This document shows, in pieces, positions 1 through 6,489 of a DNA stretch of 54,756 nucleotides (the stretch's first letter is position 1; each line of letters begins with the position of its first letter). The notes beneath the pieces were generated by a model that was given only the letters and a program-made list of their open reading frames with translations, had not been told where the DNA came from and made no database searches. This DNA is from a virus. Lineage: Duplodnaviria; Caudoviricetes. The translations under genes were made by a program, and so were the position numbers. The stretch covers positions 1-54,756 of IMG/VR virus record IMGVR_UViG_3300020173_000001; one strand, written 5' to 3'.

Positions 1-127
1 ATACGGAGACCCCCCGGATGGCCCATGCCCCCGGCCTCTAAGGAGGCTATGCGTGTCTGAATCCGTAGGATTATGAGCTACTTACAATGCTAAAGCATTG
101 TTATCTATTGTTTTTTAAAACAATAAG
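1..127. repeat. 127-bp exact direct repeat with 54630..54756 (circular assembly overlap; genome probably complete)
   Basis: Bases 1-127 match 54630-54756; 127 is a common assembler k-mer size. Confidence 0.95.
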
Positions 128-341
128 GGATTCTTGTCCTCTAAAATACAAGTATTTTAAGGGGAATTTTTGGGAGTAACCCCAAGGGGTTAGGTTATGG
201 TCAACCCTAAAGGGTCAAGGCGCAGAGGCATACCCCTAGCTTTTCCTTGCGCATAATGCTCACCAAAAGATCAGAAAGTTTCCCCTAAAGGGGAAGTCAA
301 TCACGGAAATTCCGAGAATAGCCAACCCCCTAAAGGGGTTG
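34..341. repeat. Cluster of seven short hairpins with TAAA/TAAG/AA loops in the non-coding region between the divergent arms
   Basis: gcctc-taag-gaggc 34-47; acaatgc-taaa-gcattgt 84-101; taaaatac-aa-gtatttta 142-159; taacccc-aa-ggggtta 177-192; accc-taaa-gggt 204-215; ttcccc-taaa-ggggaa 280-295; caacccc-ctaaa-ggggttg 323-341. Confidence 0.8.
299..319 (+). repeat. Early-region dyad repeat copy R1
   Basis: aatcacggaaattccgagaat. Confidence 0.9.
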
Positions 342-368
342 ACAATGGGATCGAATTAGGGTTACTTT
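339..368 (+). promoter_or_regulatory. Sigma70-type early promoter
   Basis: TTGACA (339-344), 18 bp, TACTTT (363-368), upstream of the first ORF. Confidence 0.55.
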
Positions 369-428
369 GTAAGGGCTTCATCGGCAAATCGATGAGGCAG
401 CAACCTTAACTTAATTCGGAGAATTAAC

Positions 429-1043
429 ATGACAAAATCAGCTACTTTACCTACGGTAACCTTGGACAGCAAATTCACTGTAGGTCGTAAGACCTATACT
501 TTGACTGATGGAATCAGTCATGCCGTAGCTTGTTATGACAAGCTTTACCTGATCCAAGAGGATCAGTTAGCTCTCTACAGAGAGCTTGGAAACATCTTGC
601 TTCAGATTGAAAATCTGTTCGGTGGTGACAAGAAAGCCTACGGCTCCTTTATCAGTAAAACTGATATGTCGAATGAGAACATCAGCTCTGCTGATAAGTA
701 TGATGCCAAATGGATTGCCACTCACTGGACTAAAGTCCAGAAGTTAAACAAAGCTGGTAAGCTTTCAGCACTTGGCGTATCTTCGATACGGAAGATTGTT
801 CTGGAAGCTCATCCTGAGCTTCGTAAGAAGCCTAAAGCTTCTTCGGCTGGTAACACCTCGAAGGGCAAGCCGAAGGCTTCTGAACAGCCTAGTAAGGCTG
901 AGGAGATCATCAAGAACACTGTCTTTGAGACAGTGGTAGCCAAGAACGAAAAGGAACTTGCAGAGCAAGTTTATGAAGCTCTTGAAGCCGGAGGCTTTAA
1001 CAGATCCACATTTGCAAAAGAGCTTGCAAAGCTCTTCAAGTAA
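429..1043 (+). CDS. First early protein, Lys-rich, unknown function (possible DNA-binding protein)
   Basis: 204-aa ORF, GGAG RBS at 418-421, followed by a UUCG hairpin. Confidence 0.8.
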   Translation: MTKSATLPTVTLDSKFTVGRKTYTLTDGISHAVACYDKLYLIQEDQLALYRELGNILLQIENLFGGDKKAYGSFISKTDMSNENISSADKYDAKWIATHWTKVQKLNKAGKLSALGVSSIRKIVLEAHPELRKKPKASSAGNTSKGKPKASEQPSKAEEIIKNTVFETVVAKNEKELAEQVYEALEAGGFNRSTFAKELAKLFK

Positions 1044-1049
1044 ATCATT

Positions 1050-1069
1050 TAGCCCCCTTCGGGGGGCTA
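1050..1069 (+). terminator. GC hairpin with UUCG loop (weak terminator or stabilising hairpin)
   Basis: tagccccc-ttcg-gggggcta directly after the stop; only a short T tail. Confidence 0.55.
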
Positions 1070-1072
1070 TTC

Positions 1073-1093
1073 AATCTCGGAAATTCCGAGAAT
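1073..1093 (+). repeat. Early-region dyad repeat copy R2 (perfect dyad)
   Basis: aa-tctcggaa-a-ttccgaga-at. Confidence 0.9.
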
Positions 1094-1115
1094 AACTTTA
1101 AATCGGAGATTTAAA

Positions 1116-1301
1116 ATGGAATATTGTGGGGTTCAAATCTTGGAGTATTCAGATACTGAATACTGTTTTTGCTATCAAGGTCGTTTAATAAACGACAGAC
1201 ATAGTTTACCAGTTCTCCTTAAAAAGGAGAGTGACCATTGGGTTAACAAACATAAAGCCGAAGGCTTTATAGATTGTTTGATTGCTCTTGGTGAAATATA
1301 A
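1116..1301 (+). CDS. Hypothetical early protein
   Basis: 61-aa ORF with GGAG RBS, followed by a terminator. Confidence 0.7.
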   Translation: MEYCGVQILEYSDTEYCFCYQGRLINDRHSLPVLLKKESDHWVNKHKAEGFIDCLIALGEI

Positions 1302-1304
1302 AAG

Positions 1305-1330
1305 AAGCTCCCTTCGGGGAGCTTTTTTTT
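1305..1330 (+). terminator. Rho-independent terminator
   Basis: aagctccc-ttcg-gggagctt followed by a T run. Confidence 0.85.
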
Positions 1331-1356
1331 GTTTATACTTCTTTGAAGTATAGTCG

Positions 1357-1375
1357 ATCACGGAAATTCCGTGAT
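1357..1375 (+). repeat. Early-region dyad repeat copy R3 (perfect dyad)
   Basis: atcacggaa-a-ttccgtgat. Confidence 0.9.
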
Positions 1376-1449
1376 TGATTTTTTTTCTTTTGTATGTGTG
1401 TAGCTAATTACATGCCGACAAAAGTCTATCAAGAATAGGAGTACATGCC

Positions 1450-1605
1450 GTGAACTTTATATTATTTTTTGCTTGGTTATTAATACTTGTATCTACTTCA
1501 AGTATATTATTAATAGTAGCTTATACTACTATTAATCCTATAATATTATTATCATTACTACCTGTAGTAATGTTACTTTCTGTTTTAGCTTTTGATCGGG
1601 GGTGA
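1450..1605 (+). CDS. Small two-TM membrane protein (51 aa, not in ORF track)
   Basis: GTG start, GGAG RBS at 1438-1441; MNFILFFAWLLILVSTSSILLIVAYTTINPIILLSLLPVVMLLSVLAFDRG. Confidence 0.6.
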   Translation: MNFILFFAWLLILVSTSSILLIVAYTTINPIILLSLLPVVMLLSVLAFDRG

Positions 1606-1607
1606 TC

Positions 1608-1757
1608 ATGCGTGTATGTTTCTATGATGATGAGGGGTTTATGTTTTCTTATCTTACCTGTCGTGACATGCGTCAAGTATCTAAGATACTTAAACGTTTC
1701 CCTAGTAATGCAAAACTAATCACGGAAAATCCGAGAATGAAAAGGAGAATAAAATGA
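1608..1757 (+). CDS. Hypothetical 49-aa protein (not in ORF track; reads through repeat R4)
   Basis: GGGGGTG RBS, MRVCFYDDEGFMFSYL..., ATGA overlap with the next ORF. Confidence 0.5.
   Translation: MRVCFYDDEGFMFSYLTCRDMRQVSKILKRFPSNAKLITENPRMKRRIK
1717..1738 (+). repeat. Early-region dyad repeat copy R4
   Basis: taatcacggaaaatccgagaat followed by an aaggag RBS. Confidence 0.88.
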
Positions 1758-1918
1758 ATTATGCTATACTTGTTTTGAATAAAGATGGTGAAGTTATCTT
1801 TGATAGTGGGCCATATGATGGCGACTGTGAGGTAGCTGGGCGAGCTATGAAACGTGCCGCCAATAGGTGGGAAAAGCGTGGCTACGAAGTAGAATTTCGT
1901 GAAAGAAAAGGAGAATAA
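1754..1918 (+). CDS. Hypothetical 54-aa protein (not in ORF track)
   Basis: AAGGAG RBS; MNYAILVLNKDGEVIFDSGPY...ERKGE. Confidence 0.7.
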   Translation: MNYAILVLNKDGEVIFDSGPYDGDCEVAGRAMKRAANRWEKRGYEVEFRERKGE

Positions 1919-1919
1919 C

Positions 1920-2156
1920 ATGAGTAACGTACCTTTAGATTTAGGTAATGGATATACCTTATCCATTGTTGCCGATACTGGCGGCTTAGTAGAGGTAGCA
2001 CTAATACATGATGATCATGGATTTATTAATACAAGTTTGTGGTTTTATGATTTGACTAAGGCATCAGATTTTTATGATGATGTAGTGAGACACATGAATG
2101 CCGATCAATTAATAATTGCTTTGGTAAAAGCAAAAGCATATGCAAAAGGAGAATGA
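1920..2156 (+). CDS. Hypothetical early protein
   Basis: AAGGAG RBS supports ATG 1920 (MSNVPLDLG...). Confidence 0.7.
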   Translation: MSNVPLDLGNGYTLSIVADTGGLVEVALIHDDHGFINTSLWFYDLTKASDFYDDVVRHMNADQLIIALVKAKAYAKGE

Positions 2157-2157
2157 C

Positions 2158-2391
2158 ATGCATATAGAACACATTGCAGAGAACAAGGTTGTTGTTCACA
2201 AGAAGTCTATGGTATCAGGTAGGCTAAACTCTATGCTTTTACCTACGACTCAAGGTAAGATAGAGTACTGGATTGAATCAGGTAAACTGATTCAGGATGT
2301 CATGCCTGATTTAAATGATAATCAACGTGAGTTCTTGATGTCAGGTATTACACCTCGTGAATGGAATGATATGTTTGGTGAGGAGGATTAA
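2158..2391 (+). CDS. Conserved marine phage hypothetical protein
   Basis: AAGGAG RBS; motif LIQDVMPDL..QREFLMSGITPREW recalled from phage early proteins. Confidence 0.7.
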   Translation: MHIEHIAENKVVVHKKSMVSGRLNSMLLPTTQGKIEYWIESGKLIQDVMPDLNDNQREFLMSGITPREWNDMFGEED

Positions 2392-2394
2392 ACT

Positions 2395-2526
2395 ATGCCT
2401 AAGTGTGAAAACTGTGGTGACGAAGAAGAAGTTCTGTATTATACAGAATGGGGGTATGAGTGCGGTGATCTATGTGAAGTGTGCTCAGAAATGTTTCTAA
2501 ATATGGAGGATGAAGATGCAGATTAA
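2395..2526 (+). CDS. Very acidic 43-aa CxxC...CxxC zinc-ribbon protein (not in ORF track)
   Basis: GGAGG RBS; MPKCENCGDEEEVLYYTEWGYECGDLCEVCSEMFLNMEDEDAD. Confidence 0.7.
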   Translation: MPKCENCGDEEEVLYYTEWGYECGDLCEVCSEMFLNMEDEDAD

Positions 2527-2722
2527 CAAACGTGACAGGTCTGCCCTACGTGCCGACAAATATTGGCGGTCTATATGGCATCGACAGATGCTGTTTAAAA
2601 CAAAACCCTTGACATCTGTTTCATCCTGTGACAGAACTAAGGAAATTAATGGCAACAAGGAGTTAAGCCAATGTCCAGATCCTACCTCGTCTATCAGTTC
2701 AGACCAGAAGTCTATGACATAA
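2516..2722 (+). CDS. Hypothetical basic protein
   Basis: GGAGG RBS; the C-terminal part overlaps the next gene and a TTGACA element. Confidence 0.4.
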   Translation: MQINKRDRSALRADKYWRSIWHRQMLFKTKPLTSVSSCDRTKEINGNKELSQCPDPTSSISSDQKSMT

Positions 2723-3069
2723 TTAATGAGAACCCTCAATCAGAGATAGCAAGGATTGCTTTTGATCTAAGACTTCTTAATGAGAAGTCTGCAGAGCAGA
2801 GTGTCAATGATGCCTTGTTTCATAACATGTATTACCCAACCAAGTTCCTGCATCTAGGTGTGCTATCTGAATCTGTTGACCCACTAGAGGCTGTCTTTGA
2901 TGCAGGGAATGGCTATGGTAAAGCTAAGGTTACCACCCTTGCTAAGGGTGACACTAGCCTATCTGTAGGTAATATAATTGTACACTTGCAGCAGAACAAG
3001 GTATATCTATGTATGCCTACTGGATGGCATGAGCTTTCACGAGAGCTAGACTTTTGCCTTAAATTGTAA
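2671..3069 (+). CDS. Phage protein with YodL-like C-terminal motif
   Basis: AAGGAG RBS; LEAVFDAGN...SLSVGNII...VYLCMPTGW resembles YodL-like SLSVGDVV...YYC..FGF. Confidence 0.55.
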   Translation: MSRSYLVYQFRPEVYDIINENPQSEIARIAFDLRLLNEKSAEQSVNDALFHNMYYPTKFLHLGVLSESVDPLEAVFDAGNGYGKAKVTTLAKGDTSLSVGNIIVHLQQNKVYLCMPTGWHELSRELDFCLKL

Positions 3070-3088
3070 TCACGGAAATTCCGAGAAT
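3067..3088 (+). repeat. Early-region dyad repeat copy R5 (begins with the stop codon of the upstream gene)
   Basis: taatcacggaaattccgagaat. Confidence 0.9.
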
Positions 3089-3098
3089 GGAGAATCAA

Positions 3099-3491
3099 AT
3101 GAAAACCGAAATATATTATAACCTACATAAGCATGTCTTTTCTGTAAGGAAAAGAAACGGTAAGGTTCAATGGCATACTAATAGTATCATAGCACATAAG
3201 CCTGTTTTTGCAGTGCAACCTGCAGGGTGGGCAAAGACTCAGGATGAGCAGGTCAAGAATGTACATGCGTTTGTTAGACCTCAAAGCATTGAGGTGGATG
3301 CTGATCTATGGTTTCAAGACCCGGACTATGCCCATGATCCTGACATAGACAGGCTTGAGCGTGTCAGGTATAACCCATATCATGCGAACACATTTGTAGA
3401 TGAGCACGATGAGCCGATCTACCATGCTGAGGTTGCTTATTTGTATATTGACAAACAAAATAAACCTGTCATAAAGGTGTTCAGAACTTAA
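3099..3491 (+). CDS. Conserved phage hypothetical protein
   Basis: GGAG RBS; motifs YYNLHK..FSV, KNVHAFV, RYNPY..TFV recalled from a widespread phage family. Confidence 0.75.
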   Translation: MKTEIYYNLHKHVFSVRKRNGKVQWHTNSIIAHKPVFAVQPAGWAKTQDEQVKNVHAFVRPQSIEVDADLWFQDPDYAHDPDIDRLERVRYNPYHANTFVDEHDEPIYHAEVAYLYIDKQNKPVIKVFRT

Positions 3492-3500
3492 ACGAAAATC

Positions 3501-3522
3501 TAATCACGGAGATTCCGAGAAT
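3501..3522 (+). repeat. Early-region dyad repeat copy R6 (GGAG variant; its end forms an ATG)
   Basis: taatcacggagattccgagaat(g). Confidence 0.88.
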
Positions 3523-3667
3523 GCTTTACTACATAGAAAATCAAGAAGGTTTATGGTGGTCTAACACAGATGGTTGGTGTAATAATACACGATCTTTATT
3601 TAACCAAAATGAAAAAGAGATTTTTAATCTACCCATAGGTGGTGAATGGAAGGAGTTAATACAATGA
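3521..3667 (+). CDS. Hypothetical 48-aa Trp-rich protein (not in ORF track)
   Basis: MLYYIENQEGLWWSNTDGW...NLPIGGEWKELIQ; ATGA overlap with the next gene. Confidence 0.65.
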   Translation: MLYYIENQEGLWWSNTDGWCNNTRSLFNQNEKEIFNLPIGGEWKELIQ

Positions 3668-4362
3668 CTTTATCCACACAAGAAATGAATGATCTACTTA
3701 AATATAACTCAGACATAGGCATGGCTGCATCTGCTAGGCCAATTAACGAGACTGAAAATCACGATGGTTCTTGTGACTACAGAACAGATTACTGTGATGA
3801 GACTTGTTATAATGTTAAGTTATATAGGATTTATCCAGACATGGCTAAACGTGATGACAGATGCGAGACTATCTGGCAGAAACTAAACAAGTCTAACTCT
3901 GACTTCACTAAATTCTTTAGTCGTAAACGGTACGATACTAGTCGTGTTCGTCACATGACCAGAGGCGAAGCCTTCAAAGATGTAATTGATGTGTATCGTG
4001 TCAAGACTATGTGCCTACTTAACCCGGATACTACATGGTGGATTCCTACCAGAGCATGGCGTAATCCACGCCTCAAAGCTCTGATTGAGAAAGAGCTTAT
4101 GCCTCTACCTAACTGTGCCATTAATGCATCACTCGACCCATCCAACAGCAAAGCTGAATGGAAAATGTTGATTGATGACGATTGGAATATCATGTTCTAT
4201 GGTGATGATGACTTGACATCTGATCCTGTTTATGGAACAAGAATGTTCCTATGCCCTAAGACCCACAAGGATCTCAAGGGTCACTGCAAGGACTGCAAGG
4301 CAGGTTGCTTTGCACAAAAGACTATTAACCGCACACAGATTGTGCATCTATCAGAACACTAA
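3664..4362 (+). CDS. GP88-like Cys-rich (radical-SAM-like Fe-S) phage protein
   Basis: AAGGAG RBS before ATG 3664; SCDYRTDYCDETCY, R..TRGE, WWIPTRAW, NASLD, CP...CKDCKAGCF. Confidence 0.6.
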   Translation: MTLSTQEMNDLLKYNSDIGMAASARPINETENHDGSCDYRTDYCDETCYNVKLYRIYPDMAKRDDRCETIWQKLNKSNSDFTKFFSRKRYDTSRVRHMTRGEAFKDVIDVYRVKTMCLLNPDTTWWIPTRAWRNPRLKALIEKELMPLPNCAINASLDPSNSKAEWKMLIDDDWNIMFYGDDDLTSDPVYGTRMFLCPKTHKDLKGHCKDCKAGCFAQKTINRTQIVHLSEH

Positions 4363-4381
4363 TCACGGAATTTCCGAGAAT
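4360..4381 (+). repeat. Early-region dyad repeat copy R7 (begins with a stop codon)
   Basis: taatcacggaatttccgagaat then aaggag. Confidence 0.9.
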
Positions 4382-4394
4382 GAAAGGAGTCGAT

Positions 4395-4559
4395 ATGGGT
4401 ATCGAAAATAAACTTGAAGAAGCTATAACTAAATGGACAGACAGTTTAGAGATAGATCAGTTAATTAATTACGTCCAAGAAGATCTCTGGGTGTATTACA
4501 CTGAAAGCGCAGATGAAGAAGAAGCTTTAGAATTTATAACTGAAATGGAAGTAGGATAA
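4395..4559 (+). CDS. Highly acidic 54-aa protein, DNA-mimic candidate (not in ORF track)
   Basis: AAGGAG RBS; 16 D/E versus 2 K. Confidence 0.7.
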   Translation: MGIENKLEEAITKWTDSLEIDQLINYVQEDLWVYYTESADEEEALEFITEMEVG

Positions 4560-4572
4560 AAGGAGAAGACTA

Positions 4573-5412
4573 ATGCCATTTGATACAACAACATCATTCG
4601 TACCAGAGCACTTGGACTTTGAAGTAGAGTTCGAGGAAACTAAATTCAAAGACAAGAAGTATGTAATCAATGCTAATACAGGTGAATACCTTGGTATTGT
4701 GGGCAAGGACTTTACTTGTGCCAATCATGGTGACTTCTTTCGTAATGTCGTAGACACTGCGACTCAGGAGTTACAAGAAGGTGATTTACATAATGCAGAG
4801 TTTAACTTCAGGACTGCTCGTGGTGGTGCTTGGGCTATGCTCGACATCACATTACCTAGCATGAAGACTGTAATAGAAACTGATCGACATGAAACTGAGA
4901 TAGGTAATCGTATTATATCATTACATGGTATTGATGGGTCATGCTCTAATCAGGTATTCTTTGGTGCTATTGATTTCTTTTGCACTAATGGATGTATACG
5001 TGGTGATCACGATAAGATTCGCAGGAAGAACACTTCTAATTTCTCACTTAGTTCATTCATAAATGAGCTATCTAATTTGCGGTCTGACTTTTATGAACAG
5101 TCTATCAAGATGAAAACATGGGCGCAGACTAGTCTCAAAGATGTAGATGTAGAAGCATTGCTAGAAGCAATGATACCATCAGAACGTAAAGCTAAAAAGA
5201 TGTATCAGCTATACCGTTCAGAAGCATTTACTCGTGGAGAAAACAAGTGGGCCTTGTACTCTGCCTTCACTAACTATGCATCTTATGCAGATAATCGTAA
5301 TGGTTTTAATCTGCGTAATACAGGTAATGACACACAAGCTACCTCAATGTGGGGTAGAGAACAGGAGGTATCTAAGTGGGTTAGCGATGATCGCTTTTTA
5401 CTAGCAGCTTAA
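4573..5412 (+). CDS. DUF932/DUF945-family phage/plasmid protein
   Basis: YLGIVGKDF..NH..FF, HGIDGS, FFCTNG, NKWALYSAFTNY pattern. Confidence 0.75.
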   Translation: MPFDTTTSFVPEHLDFEVEFEETKFKDKKYVINANTGEYLGIVGKDFTCANHGDFFRNVVDTATQELQEGDLHNAEFNFRTARGGAWAMLDITLPSMKTVIETDRHETEIGNRIISLHGIDGSCSNQVFFGAIDFFCTNGCIRGDHDKIRRKNTSNFSLSSFINELSNLRSDFYEQSIKMKTWAQTSLKDVDVEALLEAMIPSERKAKKMYQLYRSEAFTRGENKWALYSAFTNYASYADNRNGFNLRNTGNDTQATSMWGREQEVSKWVSDDRFLLAA

Positions 5413-5431
5413 TCACGGAATTTCCGAGAAT
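5410..5431 (+). repeat. Early-region dyad repeat copy R8 (begins with a stop codon)
   Basis: taatcacggaatttccgagaat then aaagga. Confidence 0.9.
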
Positions 5432-5445
5432 AGAAAGGAACTACA

Positions 5446-5718
5446 ATGACTATGACACCAGAAGAAATCGCAAAGAACCATCAAGAGTGGGCAGACAAAC
5501 GAGAAGCACGTAGGATAGAGCTTGAAGAAAAATGCAGTAACTTAACAGAGGAACAAATAACTGCAATTAAATTTGCCTATGAAACAATACAAGAAGCGGA
5601 AGGCAATCTTAGCGAAATGTTTGACATTACGATAGATGATGCTAGAAGTATATCTAAAGCAGAAAGTAAGTTAAGAATGTCTTTTCCTCATTTATGTAAG
5701 CACCCTTATTATTCTTAA
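5446..5718 (+). CDS. Hypothetical helical protein
   Basis: AAGGA RBS, 90-aa ORF. Confidence 0.7.
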   Translation: MTMTPEEIAKNHQEWADKREARRIELEEKCSNLTEEQITAIKFAYETIQEAEGNLSEMFDITIDDARSISKAESKLRMSFPHLCKHPYYS

Positions 5719-5740
5719 TACAAACACAAAGGAGTTAAAC

Positions 5741-5959
5741 ATGTTTGTACTTGTAGCAACTAAACCACTCAATGACGGAACAAAAGGGTTTCGTTTCAAC
5801 CTCTTAGGTAAGAAAGGATTGTACCGTAAACGTAATCGTGACTCTCGTGGTTGGTTTAAATATGAACCACTTAGTACTATGAACGCCTATCACTTTGGCA
5901 AACGTAGTTTGTATATTGAACATGCTTATGGACGTAAGCTGTATCACTTTGCAGGGTAA
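5741..5959 (+). CDS. Hypothetical basic protein
   Basis: AAGGAG RBS, 72 aa. Confidence 0.7.
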   Translation: MFVLVATKPLNDGTKGFRFNLLGKKGLYRKRNRDSRGWFKYEPLSTMNAYHFGKRSLYIEHAYGRKLYHFAG

Positions 5960-5962
5960 CAC

Positions 5963-6223
5963 ATGGATTACTACGTAGTAGAAATGTATGTTGACGAATT
6001 GGAAGAGTGCCTCATTATGAGGTGCTCGACTATCGAAAGTGCTAGTCTTATCTGTGAAAAACTAGAAGAAGCATTTCCTAATGCTGTCTTTGACATCATG
6101 GATACTGAACCTGTAATAAAAATGAGAGACTATAACTTGGAAAGGTATGAAGAATTGCGAAGTGTTTTGACATCTAAACCAAGAAGTCCACAACTAATTG
6201 TGATAGAAGGGGGTAAGCGTTAG
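5963..6223 (+). CDS. Hypothetical protein
   Basis: 86-aa ORF in tight operon packing. Confidence 0.65.
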   Translation: MDYYVVEMYVDELEECLIMRCSTIESASLICEKLEEAFPNAVFDIMDTEPVIKMRDYNLERYEELRSVLTSKPRSPQLIVIEGGKR

Positions 6224-6227
6224 TGTT

Positions 6228-6428
6228 ATGTACTATGTAGAAGTTATCCATAAGGATGAAAAAGTAGCTGGATCTTATCAAGATCTTCTTTCGGATAGTG
6301 TTGATGTAGCAAATAAACTTTCGTTTGCAGATTGCACTGTAACTATATACGAATGTGTTAAGACATTATGTAGCATTGATAAAATCAATAAGGTTTTATC
6401 TTGGAAAGATGACGGTTACAGAACATAA
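6228..6428 (+). CDS. Hypothetical protein
   Basis: 66-aa ORF in tight operon packing. Confidence 0.6.
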   Translation: MYYVEVIHKDEKVAGSYQDLLSDSVDVANKLSFADCTVTIYECVKTLCSIDKINKVLSWKDDGYRT

Positions 6429-6432
6429 ACTT

Positions 6433-6472
6433 TAGTGGGGTATTGCATTGCAGTACCCTACTATGCTACTCT
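6433..6472 (+). promoter_or_regulatory. 31-bp imperfect palindrome overlapping a putative promoter of the recombinase gene
   Basis: tagtggggtattgca-t-tgcagtaccctacta (6433-6463, two G.T mismatches); TTGCAT 6443-6448, 18 bp, (TGc)TACTCT 6467-6472. Confidence 0.6.
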
Positions 6473-6489
6473 TAATTTAAAGTATTACT

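Noticed and set aside
1128-1140. ggggttcaaatc resembling a tRNA T-loop or att core
   Set aside because: No cloverleaf or acceptor stem; inside an ORF. No tRNA gene was recognised in the window
299-5431. Dyad repeats as a CRISPR array (a Cas4-like gene is present)
   Set aside because: Spacing is ~280-1350 bp and irregular, the intervals contain ORFs, and the Cas4-like gene sits in the replication module as a typical phage exonuclease
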